A stretch of DNA of 64,000 nucleotides from Amoebophrya sp. A120 (Eukaryota > Protista > Dinoflagellata), in assembly GCA_905178155.1 (NCBI GenBank), contig CAJINV010000001.1, positions 4,426,233-4,490,232 of the forward strand, written 5' to 3'. This document shows, one piece after another, positions 1 to 10,064 of the stretch (positions are counted from its first letter, which is position 1; the number at the start of each line of letters is the position of its first letter). Made by a program: the position numbers and the translations under genes. The notes under the pieces are model-generated. The model saw only the letters and a program-made list of their open reading frames with translations, searched no databases and had not been told where the DNA came from.

Positions 1-158
1 GCGAGGTAGTTCATCTCTGCGGAAAAATCAATCGCTTTCAATTTTCGAGCACTTCGTCCAATTTTCAGTGCTGGTTGCAAGAGATCAACCTCGTAGTCAT
101 TCAATGTCGATCCTTGGCTTGGGTCGTGTAGTTGTAAGAGGGTCAAGCAGCTTGGCAT
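1..158 (-). CDS. 5' part of a hypothetical gene running off the left edge (MPSCLTLLQLHDPSQGSTLNDYEVDLLQPALKIG...)
   Basis: Open minus frame from an ATG near 158 to the window edge, on the same strand as all other genes. No motif recognised. Confidence 0.3.
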   Translation of the reverse strand, partial: MPSCLTLLQLHDPSQGSTLNDYEVDLLQPALKIGRSARKLKAIDFSAEMNYL

Positions 159-441
159 TGGTCATCATCTTGATCCAGCATTACGTCGATGGTTTTGGTT
201 TTTGTGAACGAGTATATTACTCCTGACCGTACGTGGACAGAAGGTTTCCGTGAACTTGCCTTTTGGATCGCAATGAGGCCGCAGCTCTGCCAGATTTCGG
301 GCGATTCGCTTCGAAGTGCTGATCCAATTTTCGTGAGCAGGTGAGGTTGAAGTTGATGTGGTGCGTGAATTTTTTAGAGGTTACTTTCTGATGTACAACA
401 TTTTCCGACACACCAAATCAATGTTTCTTGTCGACGTCCTC

Positions 442-2600
442 TCATCGTTTTCGTTCCCGACTTTTTCTATTTTTCCGACAGCCAGCACAAGAAAAGAAGC
501 ACAGTGTCGCCGGCCCCAAATTTTTGCCCTCCTGGACCAGGTGCTGGCTCTGCAGTCGTTTTTTCCTTTTGATTTTCGTTTCCCAAGCAGCGTATGGCCA
601 CACGCATTCATCCTGGCCGCTTCTCCGTCTCTGCACGAGATCGTCGACCTTGGTCCAAATGCAATGGGGTTTCTGCGTTTCGCGCTCTCCCTCTCCCTCT
701 CGACGATGCGCGTCCCGGAATAAGCCGCTTCCGTAGGAGTTCTTACCCTCGTCTTGCTCTCCCTTGCTTTCCGCCGACCCGCTGCGCGGACGCAACTGCT
801 TCCACCATGCTACAGGATCACACACACTCCGGATTTGTGCCCTGCTCGGGGATCGCTGCCGCGTACACTCGTCGCGGGACTACCGAGTAACTGGGGGTCA
901 ACGTCTAGGTCGGCCTCCCGCGCGAGCTGTTCCGCAGCGTGCTGCAAGACAGTGTGCAACTCCGATTCTGTCAGAAATACCGCTCGCACGTCGTAAACAT
1001 ATATCAGTTGCAGCGGCTTTGCCTGTATGACCCGTCGAATCCTGCTGATGCCGTTCTGCGTCATCCCGAAAAGCTCCAGCAGCTCCGCGGCGTCTGCCCA
1101 CTGCACGGTCATCGGGCCAAGTGGAGGTTTGGAGCTGCTTTTCTTCCTCGGCGGTGCACCGGGTTCGGGAGCGAAATCTCGCCCGTCTCGGTAGACGACC
1201 TGCGTGTGATGAAGCAGAAAATTTCATACGGGGATAATTTCGAGCCAGAAACAGCTGCAACAGAAAAGATTGCCCAATATTTTTTCCTCACAAAACATTC
1301 GTGGCTGAGCAATCCGCATCAAAAATGAACTCAACTATTTACCCCAACTCGCCGCATCGCCATTTTCTGAAACAGTCTGCCAGAGTGGTGCGCGACGTAC
1401 TGATTTATGACTTGAGCCGGGTTGGCCGAACAGATCGCGGCGAGAAATTTCACTGTTTCAAACAGCTCTTCGACCGTCATGGAGGCGCTACCCACGGTTG
1501 TCATGATGAAATACAGCCGCGCCGCATCATCCTCGCTCAACGCGCCGCCGGTGATCTGCGCCAGAATCTCGCCCACGCTATCAAATGTAAAAATGTCTGG
1601 ATCTGGAAGGTTGCAACTTGTAATGCTAAATCTGCAGCATGCAAAAATCTGTGTTGCATGATTACCAAAAGTCGTCCAGTTTTGACCAAGTCGGGAGGGA
1701 GTTTCTCATGCAGGATGGGCATTTGAAAGGTCTCGCAGAATCTTTCGTGCTAGGTCCTGCATTCCAGACATCATAGGTCATGGAAAAGCAGCATGACAAA
1801 TCTCGCAATCTTCCAGACCCAGACATATTTGCGATTGATAGACGCGCAGCAGAGACAAATTCAAATCGCTGTACTTCACGTCTGGCGGAGTAGGTGGGAG
1901 CAGCAGTGTTGCGAGCCCGCGCTCGCAGAACAACTGAAACGCCCGACTGTCGCTCGACAAGAAGTCGTACAGCGAGCCTTGTTCTTCATCGGGGACCCAA
2001 GAGAGACGCAGACGCATGGTTGATTTTTAGTGCGATTTTGCGCAGAAATGGATTTTTTTCGTCCGCCTGTTGCTGCCGCTGCGTGTAAACTACTACAATT
2101 TTTGAAAACAACTCTAAGTACGCAAAAATGACGTCCTCTTGGGTACAGTACCATAGTCGTACACTACGTTTTTTTGGCTGCACCATCTCCCGTTGTATCA
2201 TCAAGATGCTTTCCTTCATCAATCTCTATCTCAAACTGAAGTCAAACAGAGGAACACCGACGAAATTTCCGTGCCGCGGTGGACGTTCCTTCCAAAGAAA
2301 GGAAAGCTGCATACTTTGGCTGCACTCTCCTGCAATTTTCTTTGTGCGTTTTCCAAGTAGCTTTTCTTTTTCGGTGATTTCTTGCTACCATGACATGGAT
2401 ACCATGCGTATTTCCTGCTGTACATACGACATCGGCAGAAGTGCTCCAAGCGATGAAACTCCTTCTCTACGTGGAAGAAGGTCCAGCAATGCAAAAAAAT
2501 ATTTTCTTAAATTTAAAGCATCAAAGGCAACCCCGGTTGCAGCCACTCGTGGATGTCGTCGAAACTGATGGCTTCTTTGGGTCGGTATGAAGAGAAAAAG
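442..2600 (-). CDS. multi-exon hypothetical protein; ends and exon joins uncertain
   Basis: Chain of protein-like minus ORFs (442-825, 810-1112, 1109-1312, 1331-1576, 1778-2017, 1986-2222). Removing element 1579-1840 plus one direct repeat joins ...DLNLSLLR to VGEILAQITGG... in frame. Confidence 0.5.
1579..1840. mobile_element. introner, family A (262 bp)
   Basis: TIR TATCAAATGTAAAAATGTCTGGATCTGGAAG ... CTTCCAGACCCAGACATATTTGCGATTGATA. Flanks CACGC/GACGC (4 of 5 match). Lies inside CDS; removal restores frame. Confidence 0.9.
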
Positions 2601-2609
2601 CCGGGTGTT

Positions 2610-3979
2610 TCATAGCAGCAGTCTCCAGTTTTCATCATGGCAAGCGCGAGAAAAATGAAAACGGACCTTGCTGCATGAAACACACCCAGCTTTTTCCGTC
2701 CATAGCTGGACACCCATGACCATGGTGTCGCTTATCACGCCGTCCTGGGTAATCGACTCGAAAATGAGCTCTAGATCCCACGCCTGCCACCTGATTCGCA
2801 TATTTTCGTTGCGGTCTTTGGGGAACGAAATGAAACAACAATGCTCTTTTCTGAAGACACCGACCCCACCTCTTTAAGCTTCTACTTGCAACTGGGTCAA
2901 AAATGCTGCACAATTGGAGCAGCGTAATACTTGAATCTGGGCTCCTTGTTGACCATGCGGCACATGTCTTGGAATTCTTCTTTCGTCAGTGCCTGTCCCC
3001 TGTATTTGGTAGAAAACTGATTGAGGAAGATAGCGAGGGATTCCTGCGACGCGAGCTTTTCGAGCAGGTAGCTCTCCACCTCCGGGTCGTAATTACGCAC
3101 AGGAAGCAGCATCTTCCCAGTTGGGTCTCTCCAATTCTGCAGTTTTGACCGGATTCCGTTCAGGGCGAAGGCTTTCTGGATACCTGCAGTTGTTGCATGT
3201 TTTCGTTTTGAAAACACCAAGTGGTCGAAACATACGCGTATACTAGTAATGCAATTCTTTAAGTTGTATCCTGAGCCTGACAAGAACCTACGTCTACTTT
3301 TCATCAGTTGAAATAAATCCTTTACCTGCAAGCAGGTTCAATGCTCCAATGGCTACGACGCCAAAGCCGGTAGCGTAGATGCAGACCTGGAAAAACCCAT
3401 CCTGTACGTCCGGATTTACCATGTTGAAGCAGTTGCAGCCGATGAAAATTATGAACAGGCCTTTGCCCATTAGCCGTGAGAGCAACTTTGCTCCGTAGTA
3501 AACCGCAGTTTGCGCCTCGTGGATACGACGGCTACCACCTGGGAGAAACGAATTCGATTGCTGATTATCGGGATAAATTTCAGAACCTTTTCCTTACATA
3601 GGGCGCGGCCATCCTCGTAGTGCAACGAAACTTCACATCCGTCATGGTGAAAGAGAAAAACGTGGTCATTTATGCATAGAAAACAACGTCCTTCAGTTGT
3701 ACCGTGATGTGACTCTCCGAGCACGAGTAGGCCGGAGAAGAAAAGCTGGTATATTTTCTCGATGAACATGACTGGCTCCATGATGACGCCCGCCGGGTAG
3801 TACATCAAACAGGCGATTGGCAGCGCTAGGCCCGCGATACCCGCGGCAAAGGTCAGCATCACCAAGAGCGATTCCACCTTTTCTTTCGGTCGCGTTGGCA
3901 GCACGGGTACCTGCCCGGCACCTACCGGACCGAACTGGCTCACCGGCGAGTAGCCGGGACCGCTTCCAGGCAGCTGCAT
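2610..3979 (-). CDS. COPI-associated (Tvp15-like) membrane protein with a soluble C-terminal extension, multi-exon
   Basis: Hydrophobic helices plus LSRLMGKGLFIIFIG, which resembles the COPI_assoc FL..GRG.FY.F.G motif. Exons 3470-3979, 3294-3485 and 2897-3331, with a GT-AG intron at about 3184-3325. Confidence 0.55.
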
Positions 3980-4537
3980 CTTCCTCCTTACGACACTTAC
4001 GAACTTGGTTGTTTCACAGGTTCAAATACGCTTGAAAGTAAAGCGCAAATTGTTAGCGCGAAGAAACCTATTTCTGTGTGTCTGTGCAATGCGGTACCAT
4101 GCATCCGCTCGTCTGGATTCTCAGCAGTCCAGCCCCTCAGACGTACCCGCGGACTTTCTACTCACCCAGTTGTACTCTCAATGAGGACCTCATATCAGGG
4201 ACAGGGACGGAGCTCGAGCTCGTCGGAATAAAGAAACTTCATCTAGGAAAAAGGTAGCTTCACACCTCTCTTTAGAATGAGTAACAAATTTGTTCAGCAA
4301 CTCGTCACCGCTCTACTTCCCTTACATCGCACAGCCGAGAGTACACCTCTATCTATCTCAACAGACACGCTTCAGAGAGTGGAAGCAGCCATGATTATCC
4401 GATAGGCACGGACCACACAAACTGGAAAAAGCGTACTATTTTGCAATTACCTCCGATGGGGAAAGTAGAGAAAAGCGCAAGAGATGACATAAGCAAGGAC
4501 TAATTTTCACCGTTCTCGTGTAGTAGAAGCGATACCC

Positions 4538-6861
4538 TCACGACATCCGGTAGCGGTACTGGTCTTTCTTTTCTTGCATGGACATCGGAGTTGCTTCCAA
4601 CTCTCCCGCGATTTTCACTTCTTGTTCCCGGTTCTCCAACATGAGCAGCACCTCATCCACGATCGGCAGCCAGGATTTCGGCAACAGCTCGATGCAAAAT
4701 TTGTACTCCTCGTGGAACCAGAGCGTCGTGACAATGCGTTCCAGCTCGTCGCGCTCGAAGAAGTCCTGCTCCTCGTGAAAGTACTCGAACAGCAGGTAGA
4801 GTATGTCCGCTCTTCGCTGTTCCCCCGGCTTTTCCCGCTCGGCGTCGAAATCTGGGACTTCCTCGCAATGCAGAAACTTGCACCGGACCATCCCGTAGAG
4901 AAACAGAATGACGTCCTTGCGGCCCATGTCGGAGACCCCGGCGGCCAAGCTCGCCCCGAGCCGTTCGAGAAGCTCGAGAAATTCCGTGTTGTCGAAATGG
5001 GGAAGCGCCTGCGCCAACCTAGCAAAATCCTTCGCGGTGAAGTTTTTCAGTTCCGTTTCGATCAGGTTCCGCAACGGCGGGATGACCCGGTCCAGCTGGT
5101 TGCACCTATCCCCCAGAAAAAGACCGACAGGTCAATGCAAAAATAAATAGACAAAAAAATCTGCATTGCATGCCCTAAACAGGATGTTATGGCCTCGCCC
5201 ATGACAGATTTTCCTGTGTATTTATTTTTGCATTACAAATATGACCTGTCGGTCTTTTTCTGTGGGATAGCACCGGGCGAAGACCCACAGCACCCGGGCA
5301 ACCTGGCGTGCGGGCATGCCCTTGATGAGCTCGGTTCGATGGAGCTCTTTCGCCACCACGTCGAGAAGCTCGTCGTGTATGATTTTCATCTTCGTCACGC
5401 ACCACAGGTTCGTGATTTTTACCTTAAATGGTTATGCATTTTTGTGAAATGGGAACTTGATCCGTTTAGGAGATGCAAATTGGTCTACTTCGTGGTGGAT
5501 ATCTTGATCTTCTATCACGCGATGACACTCCTATTAGAGAAGATCAACACGACACACTGTTGTACCTGCAACGGCACTTCGTGTATTCGCCGCAGAATTT
5601 CGGGCAGGAGACACGCCAACACGTCAATGTCGTGCACAGCGGTGGTGGATTGCGCCAGCGCGACGAGCATCTCACTGAGCTCCTGGGGATCGTACTCGCG
5701 CAGCAAAGCCTGCAACCGCGGCACCAGGACCTGCAAGACCTCGTAGTGCTGGATTTTGTTGTAGATGCGGATGATGCCGATCAGATTCAGCGCGTTCAGC
5801 TCGTCCATCACGTCGATCACGCGCTCGCCAAACATCTCGAAAAGCTCCGTGTCCTCTGGCAGCAGCTCGTGCATCGTGCTGATGGTTTCCACTAAATTCA
5901 ACCCGGAAAACATCACCATGCGGTATTTTAGCTGGATGTTTTGATACGGAGGAACTTCTCATTTCTTGTGATGCGCAAAATTCAGTACTTGTTCATGCGC
6001 AAAAGGGATTGAGCGGAAGGAAAAGGAGAAGGAGGTTGAGCTCCACCTCCAGTTGTGAAAGCCCCTGAAAAATAAAAGCTGAAGCAGTACCACCCTCGAA
6101 ATTTCCCGGCACATTCCCTTGTTTTATCAAATGTAAAAATGTCTGGGTCTGGAAGATTGCCAGGTTTGCCATGCACATTTTGCATGACTCCTGATGTCTG
6201 TGATGCATGCCCTAGCATCACAGATTTTGTGAGGGCTTCCTGATGCCTATACGGCATGACAAATGCTCTTTCCGTGTAGCAAATCTTGGACTCTCTTTGC
6301 TGCTCATGCAATACAGAGTTTGTTAGAATCCAAAATCAGCATGACAAGTTGGATTCTTCCAGACCCAGACACTTTTACAGTTGATATGTTTATGTGCGGC
6401 ACCATGGTATACGCTCGTGCGATCCGATTGATCTCGTCTGGCCCGTATCCCCGCGCGATGCAGCGGGAGATCTGCCATTCCAGGTGCGGCGTCAACGTGT
6501 TCTTTTTGTAGTCACTGACCAGACGCTTCTTCAAAACTGGCTGCTTCGTCCGGTCCTGCGTGTCGGCGGTCGTGGTCTCGTGTCGCCTGGCTTGCTTGTC
6601 GAAGAAAAAGGACGAAGTGCTGGAGCCCTGACCAGTCGCTATACTGCCACAAAGACCTCCTGTCAGAATTGGTGTGCTGAGACGATGTTGAACAAGTGCA
6701 GCTGGTGGTAGACAGTGACGCTTACATGCCGACGAAGAGCTCGCTGAAGAAGCGGATAAGGCTGTAGTTCCAGGTATCATTTGCGTTGCGCACGATTGGT
6801 ACTGCTCGACAGTCCGGATCCCGGTTGTGCGATGCAGCAAGTGAATTCGCGACGACTGCAT
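4538..6861 (-). CDS. helical-repeat (HPR/RAP-like) putative organellar RNA-binding protein, multi-exon
   Basis: Repeated ~37-aa amphipathic units (FSGLNLVETIST, LNALNLIGIIRIY, YDPQELSEMLVAL, FTAKDFARLAQAL). Ser/Arg/Thr-rich N-terminus resembles a transit peptide. Contains two introners. Confidence 0.6.
5107..5269. mobile_element. introner, family F (163 bp)
   Basis: TIR TATCCCCCAGAAAAAGACCGACAGGTCA ... TGACCTGTCGGTCTTTTTCTGTGGGATA. Perfect direct repeat GCACC (5102-5106, 5270-5274). Removal gives VFARC-NQLDRVIPPLRNLIET in frame. Confidence 0.9.
6125..6386. mobile_element. introner, family A (262 bp, opposite orientation to the 1579 copy)
   Basis: Family A TIRs. Direct repeat TGTTT (6120-6124, 6387-6391). 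Removal gives MVPHIN-KGMCREISR. Confidence 0.9.
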
Positions 6862-7460
6862 GGCTGCGAATCTGACGGGGACAGCCTGCACAGCGAAAAT
6901 CCCAGAAAGCGAAGTGCAAAGTCAGAAGACGGACGGCAAGTACTCCACTTTCGCAAAAAAATGAGCCCTACAATAGCATCTTGTCTTGTCAACAGTAGCT
7001 GCTAACGAGTGCAAAAACGATGACGATGCCTGCCATGCACTGACAGATATCTTCTTGACGACCAGACGATAGTAAAAACGACGACAAGCCGGGAAACACA
7101 GCCGCTGGACGAGCATTAGCGGATAGAGATATACTGCGAATTCGGCCGGGCTTGACAGAAGTCCCACCCACGGCATCAGGCGCTCAAGGTCAGCTGCAAA
7201 ATTTTTACCCACCGGTATGCTGTCTACGTCAGAAGGAAAGCATCACAAAATCCTTCCGATGAAATACCCAGCAAAATGTTAAGAAAAAAGAACGTGTAAC
7301 TGTGAGTGCATAATATGAAAAAGCTTAAGCTGCTAAACGAGTACATGCATTCGCTTGGAATATGCCACGATAAAAGGACAAGAGAAGAAAAACGTCGTAT
7401 GAAAGATCATTTTAGTATTCTCTAGACTAGCACTAGTTCTCAACCGAACGCAACACGCGT

Positions 7461-8192
7461 TCACGTCTTGAAATTGAACCTTCCCCCCTTTCGCACCACT
7501 TCCTGTCTTGCTTTCAGTAGAAACTCGCTGTACTCCCGTGCCGTCATCTTGGTCGGTGGCGCGGCCAGCTCGGGAATCCGCTGTTGAATGAAAGCCGCAA
7601 CCAGGTGCTTGCAGCACGGCTTTGTCACGTGGCATTCCGCACAAAACCCCGTGTCCGGGAAAACAGGCAGCTGATTCTCCGTAAGCGCGACAAAAACGTA
7701 ATCTTCCTGATGTGTGTCACTTTGACTCCCAAGTGCGTCGTCCTCAAGCGGCGAGTCGGTGGGAAAGTGCAAAAGGCTGGTGCTGTTTCCGAAGCCGAAC
7801 GGAGGTGGTGGAAACAGCAAGTTGCAATCGCTTCCAGTCGTGGGCACCATCAAAGCTTTCCCCCTATTTCCGGTCCCGAGCTCATCTTCTTTCGGCCTGC
7901 TCTTATCGACGTTTTTTTGTTCGTTCGGCTGGTGCTCTGTATCATCGATAGGTGGATCCGTTTCCCTTTCTCTTGGCTGGAGAACTGCGAAGGTCATTTT
8001 CTCCTGCTCGATCATCGTGAGTGCCTCGGCGTACTCCTTTGCGGGAAACAGGTAGGACAGCAACAGCATGCGGTTCTCCACAAGATCATCGTCAACCCGC
8101 TGGACGAGGTCCAACAACGAAGGCTTCTGAAAGCGGTCTGAACACGGTGGAGAGGAGCTGTCCGGATCCGGAATCTCGGCTTGGGCTGCCAT
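7461..8192 (-). CDS. SWIM zinc-finger protein (ZSWIM7/Sws1-like)
   Basis: FCAECHVTKPCCKHLVAA is a SWIM-type C..C...CKH motif. LLLSYLFP..Y.EAL.MIE resembles the ZSWIM7 N-terminal helix. Confidence 0.5.
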   Translation of the reverse strand: MAAQAEIPDPDSSSPPCSDRFQKPSLLDLVQRVDDDLVENRMLLLSYLFPAKEYAEALTMIEQEKMTFAVLQPRERETDPPIDDTEHQPNEQKNVDKSRPKEDELGTGNRGKALMVPTTGSDCNLLFPPPPFGFGNSTSLLHFPTDSPLEDDALGSQSDTHQEDYVFVALTENQLPVFPDTGFCAECHVTKPCCKHLVAAFIQQRIPELAAPPTKMTAREYSEFLLKARQEVVRKGGRFNFKT

Positions 8193-8617
8193 GATTGAGA
8201 TTTTCAAGGAAGAAAACACAATTACAGACACACTGAGCAACAACGAACAGGAATGCAGCGTCTGCCGCCTGACAGCACCAGCACGCAGTTAGGTTACAAC
8301 TACGTAAAGTCTGGATTTGAAAATTGATTCGCTTTCGTTCCCTCCACTCGCACTCAAGGTTCATATCTAGACTCTGGAAGCAGGAACGAAGACGCCATGA
8401 CACAGACCCGCTCAGGAGAGCCTTCGACGCCTGGGGTTCTTGCGTCACTGAACATTCAATGCTATCGCTACTTCGAGTAGAAACCAACGCTCCTTCGCGC
8501 TGCCGCTAGTGAAATGATAGTTGCATTGTTCATCTGTTCCGCAAGAGCAAAATATTTCTTTTTCTTCGAAAATGCAATTGATTCCTGCTGCGATTCTGAT
8601 TTGTTCCTTTCTGTTTT

Positions 8618-9838
8618 TCAAAACTCGGACTTCGTTCCTTGTTCATGTTTTTCCGCCACCGCTGCCCCCGCCGCAGGTGCCTGCAGCAAGTGATCCAACA
8701 CTTCCTCCGCGTAATCTGCCGCAAATTCGTGCTGCGCCCAGGCACGGTTCATCAGTTCCTCGACTGCCAGGCGGTGCTGGTCCTGTTCCTTCGACAGTGG
8801 TTTCTTGAAGAACCGGCCCTGCCACCCGGGATCTGACCGGGGGTCGCGGATCGCGGAGCCGCCCACGTCGAGGTAGCCCATGTCCACGAGATCGCCGTAG
8901 AGATCGTACTTGTCATGGTGGGCGTTCAGCTCGCCCTTGGTCAAGGGCCGCGGCTTCACATTGAACATCTTGCAGAGCGACTTACCTTTTGAGTTCTTGT
9001 TCGCGTCTTCTGCTCCTCCACCACTGCACCAAGCGTTCTGCACCTGGCTGATCTTGTGCCCGGACGCAAACTGCGTGTCCTTGTCCATGTACACCCAGGC
9101 CACTGGCTTCGACCGCAGCGATTCGCTTTGGGCCACCTGCTGTGTCGAAATGCCGCCGGGGGAAACGTAGAAGGCGAAGCCCTGGCAGATGTCCGGCGCC
9201 TTCACACCCATGACGCCGATGAAGTTCCCGCCGGAGCTGCCACCCAGACAGAACGTCTTCTTCCACGCGGGGTGGTCCGGTTCGATCGCCAGCTGCGCCC
9301 GCACCACTTTGAGCACCTTGTCAACATTTTCCTCGTCCTGCTTCGGGGGCCAGCACCACCCGCCCTCTTTGCCCATGGGCGTCTCGAAGGCAATGTACCC
9401 GAGATTTTTCATCTGCGCCTCACGCAAGAACGATTGCTCTTCCGGAAGGAACTGCCAGTCTTCCACCGGGTGCGAACAGCCGTGGAACAGGAGGAGCACG
9501 CCCACATCGGTGGGCTTGAGATCCCGATAGACCAACTCATGGCCTTCGCCGGTGATGACTGGCTTACTGTTGCCGAGGCGGTAGCCGCGTGTGACTGCAA
9601 AGACGAGCAAGTACTGAAAGATGCTAAGTGCACGTCGGCCGCAGTTCCCTGAAGATCTGGGAGGAAACATAGTAAAACAACCAAGTAATTGTGGGCCGTT
9701 GCGCACGAGACGGAAGGACATGCTTTGTTCCAGCAACAGGAATAGAAAGCCTGCTAATAATCGAACTGGCTGCCTCACGCTCCAAGGTACATTCTTGAAG
9801 AAAATGAGTGAGTGTATGAACCGAGCGAGCCCTCTCAT
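8618..9838 (-). CDS. secreted alpha/beta-hydrolase-fold protein
   Basis: 406-aa ORF with GVLLLFHGCSH, a nucleophile elbow GGSSGG and a C-terminal His (AQHEF). Hydrophobic segment IFQYLLVFAVT. Confidence 0.75.
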   Translation of the reverse strand: MRGLARFIHSLIFFKNVPWSVRQPVRLLAGFLFLLLEQSMSFRLVRNGPQLLGCFTMFPPRSSGNCGRRALSIFQYLLVFAVTRGYRLGNSKPVITGEGHELVYRDLKPTDVGVLLLFHGCSHPVEDWQFLPEEQSFLREAQMKNLGYIAFETPMGKEGGWCWPPKQDEENVDKVLKVVRAQLAIEPDHPAWKKTFCLGGSSGGNFIGVMGVKAPDICQGFAFYVSPGGISTQQVAQSESLRSKPVAWVYMDKDTQFASGHKISQVQNAWCSGGGAEDANKNSKGKSLCKMFNVKPRPLTKGELNAHHDKYDLYGDLVDMGYLDVGGSAIRDPRSDPGWQGRFFKKPLSKEQDQHRLAVEELMNRAWAQHEFAADYAEEVLDHLLQAPAAGAAVAEKHEQGTKSEF

Positions 9839-10064
9839 TTCAGAGCCATCTTTCTCAGAGTGTTCCTATTCATTCTGAGCCCATTCGAACTAAGACACAG
9901 CGTCGAAGGAATGCGTCACCTTCGTTAGTACCTTTCCAAATCCAAACTAAAAGCGAACACTTTTCCTTGCACAAACATATCTACTAGGCGCACTCGCGAG
10001 GCTCAAGGACAATGGGCAACGGACACAAACAACCAACAGCGCCACCAGTTTCGGGGCGAGTCAA

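Noticed and set aside
6065-6093. Possible 29-bp GT-AG micro-intron
   Set aside because: The resulting frame ends at a stop soon after. A longer intron ending near 5932 (joining to LKYRMVMF) fits better. Unresolved without cDNA.
6922-7212. 96-aa minus ORF between genes
   Set aside because: GTG start, no motif and no supporting exon structure.
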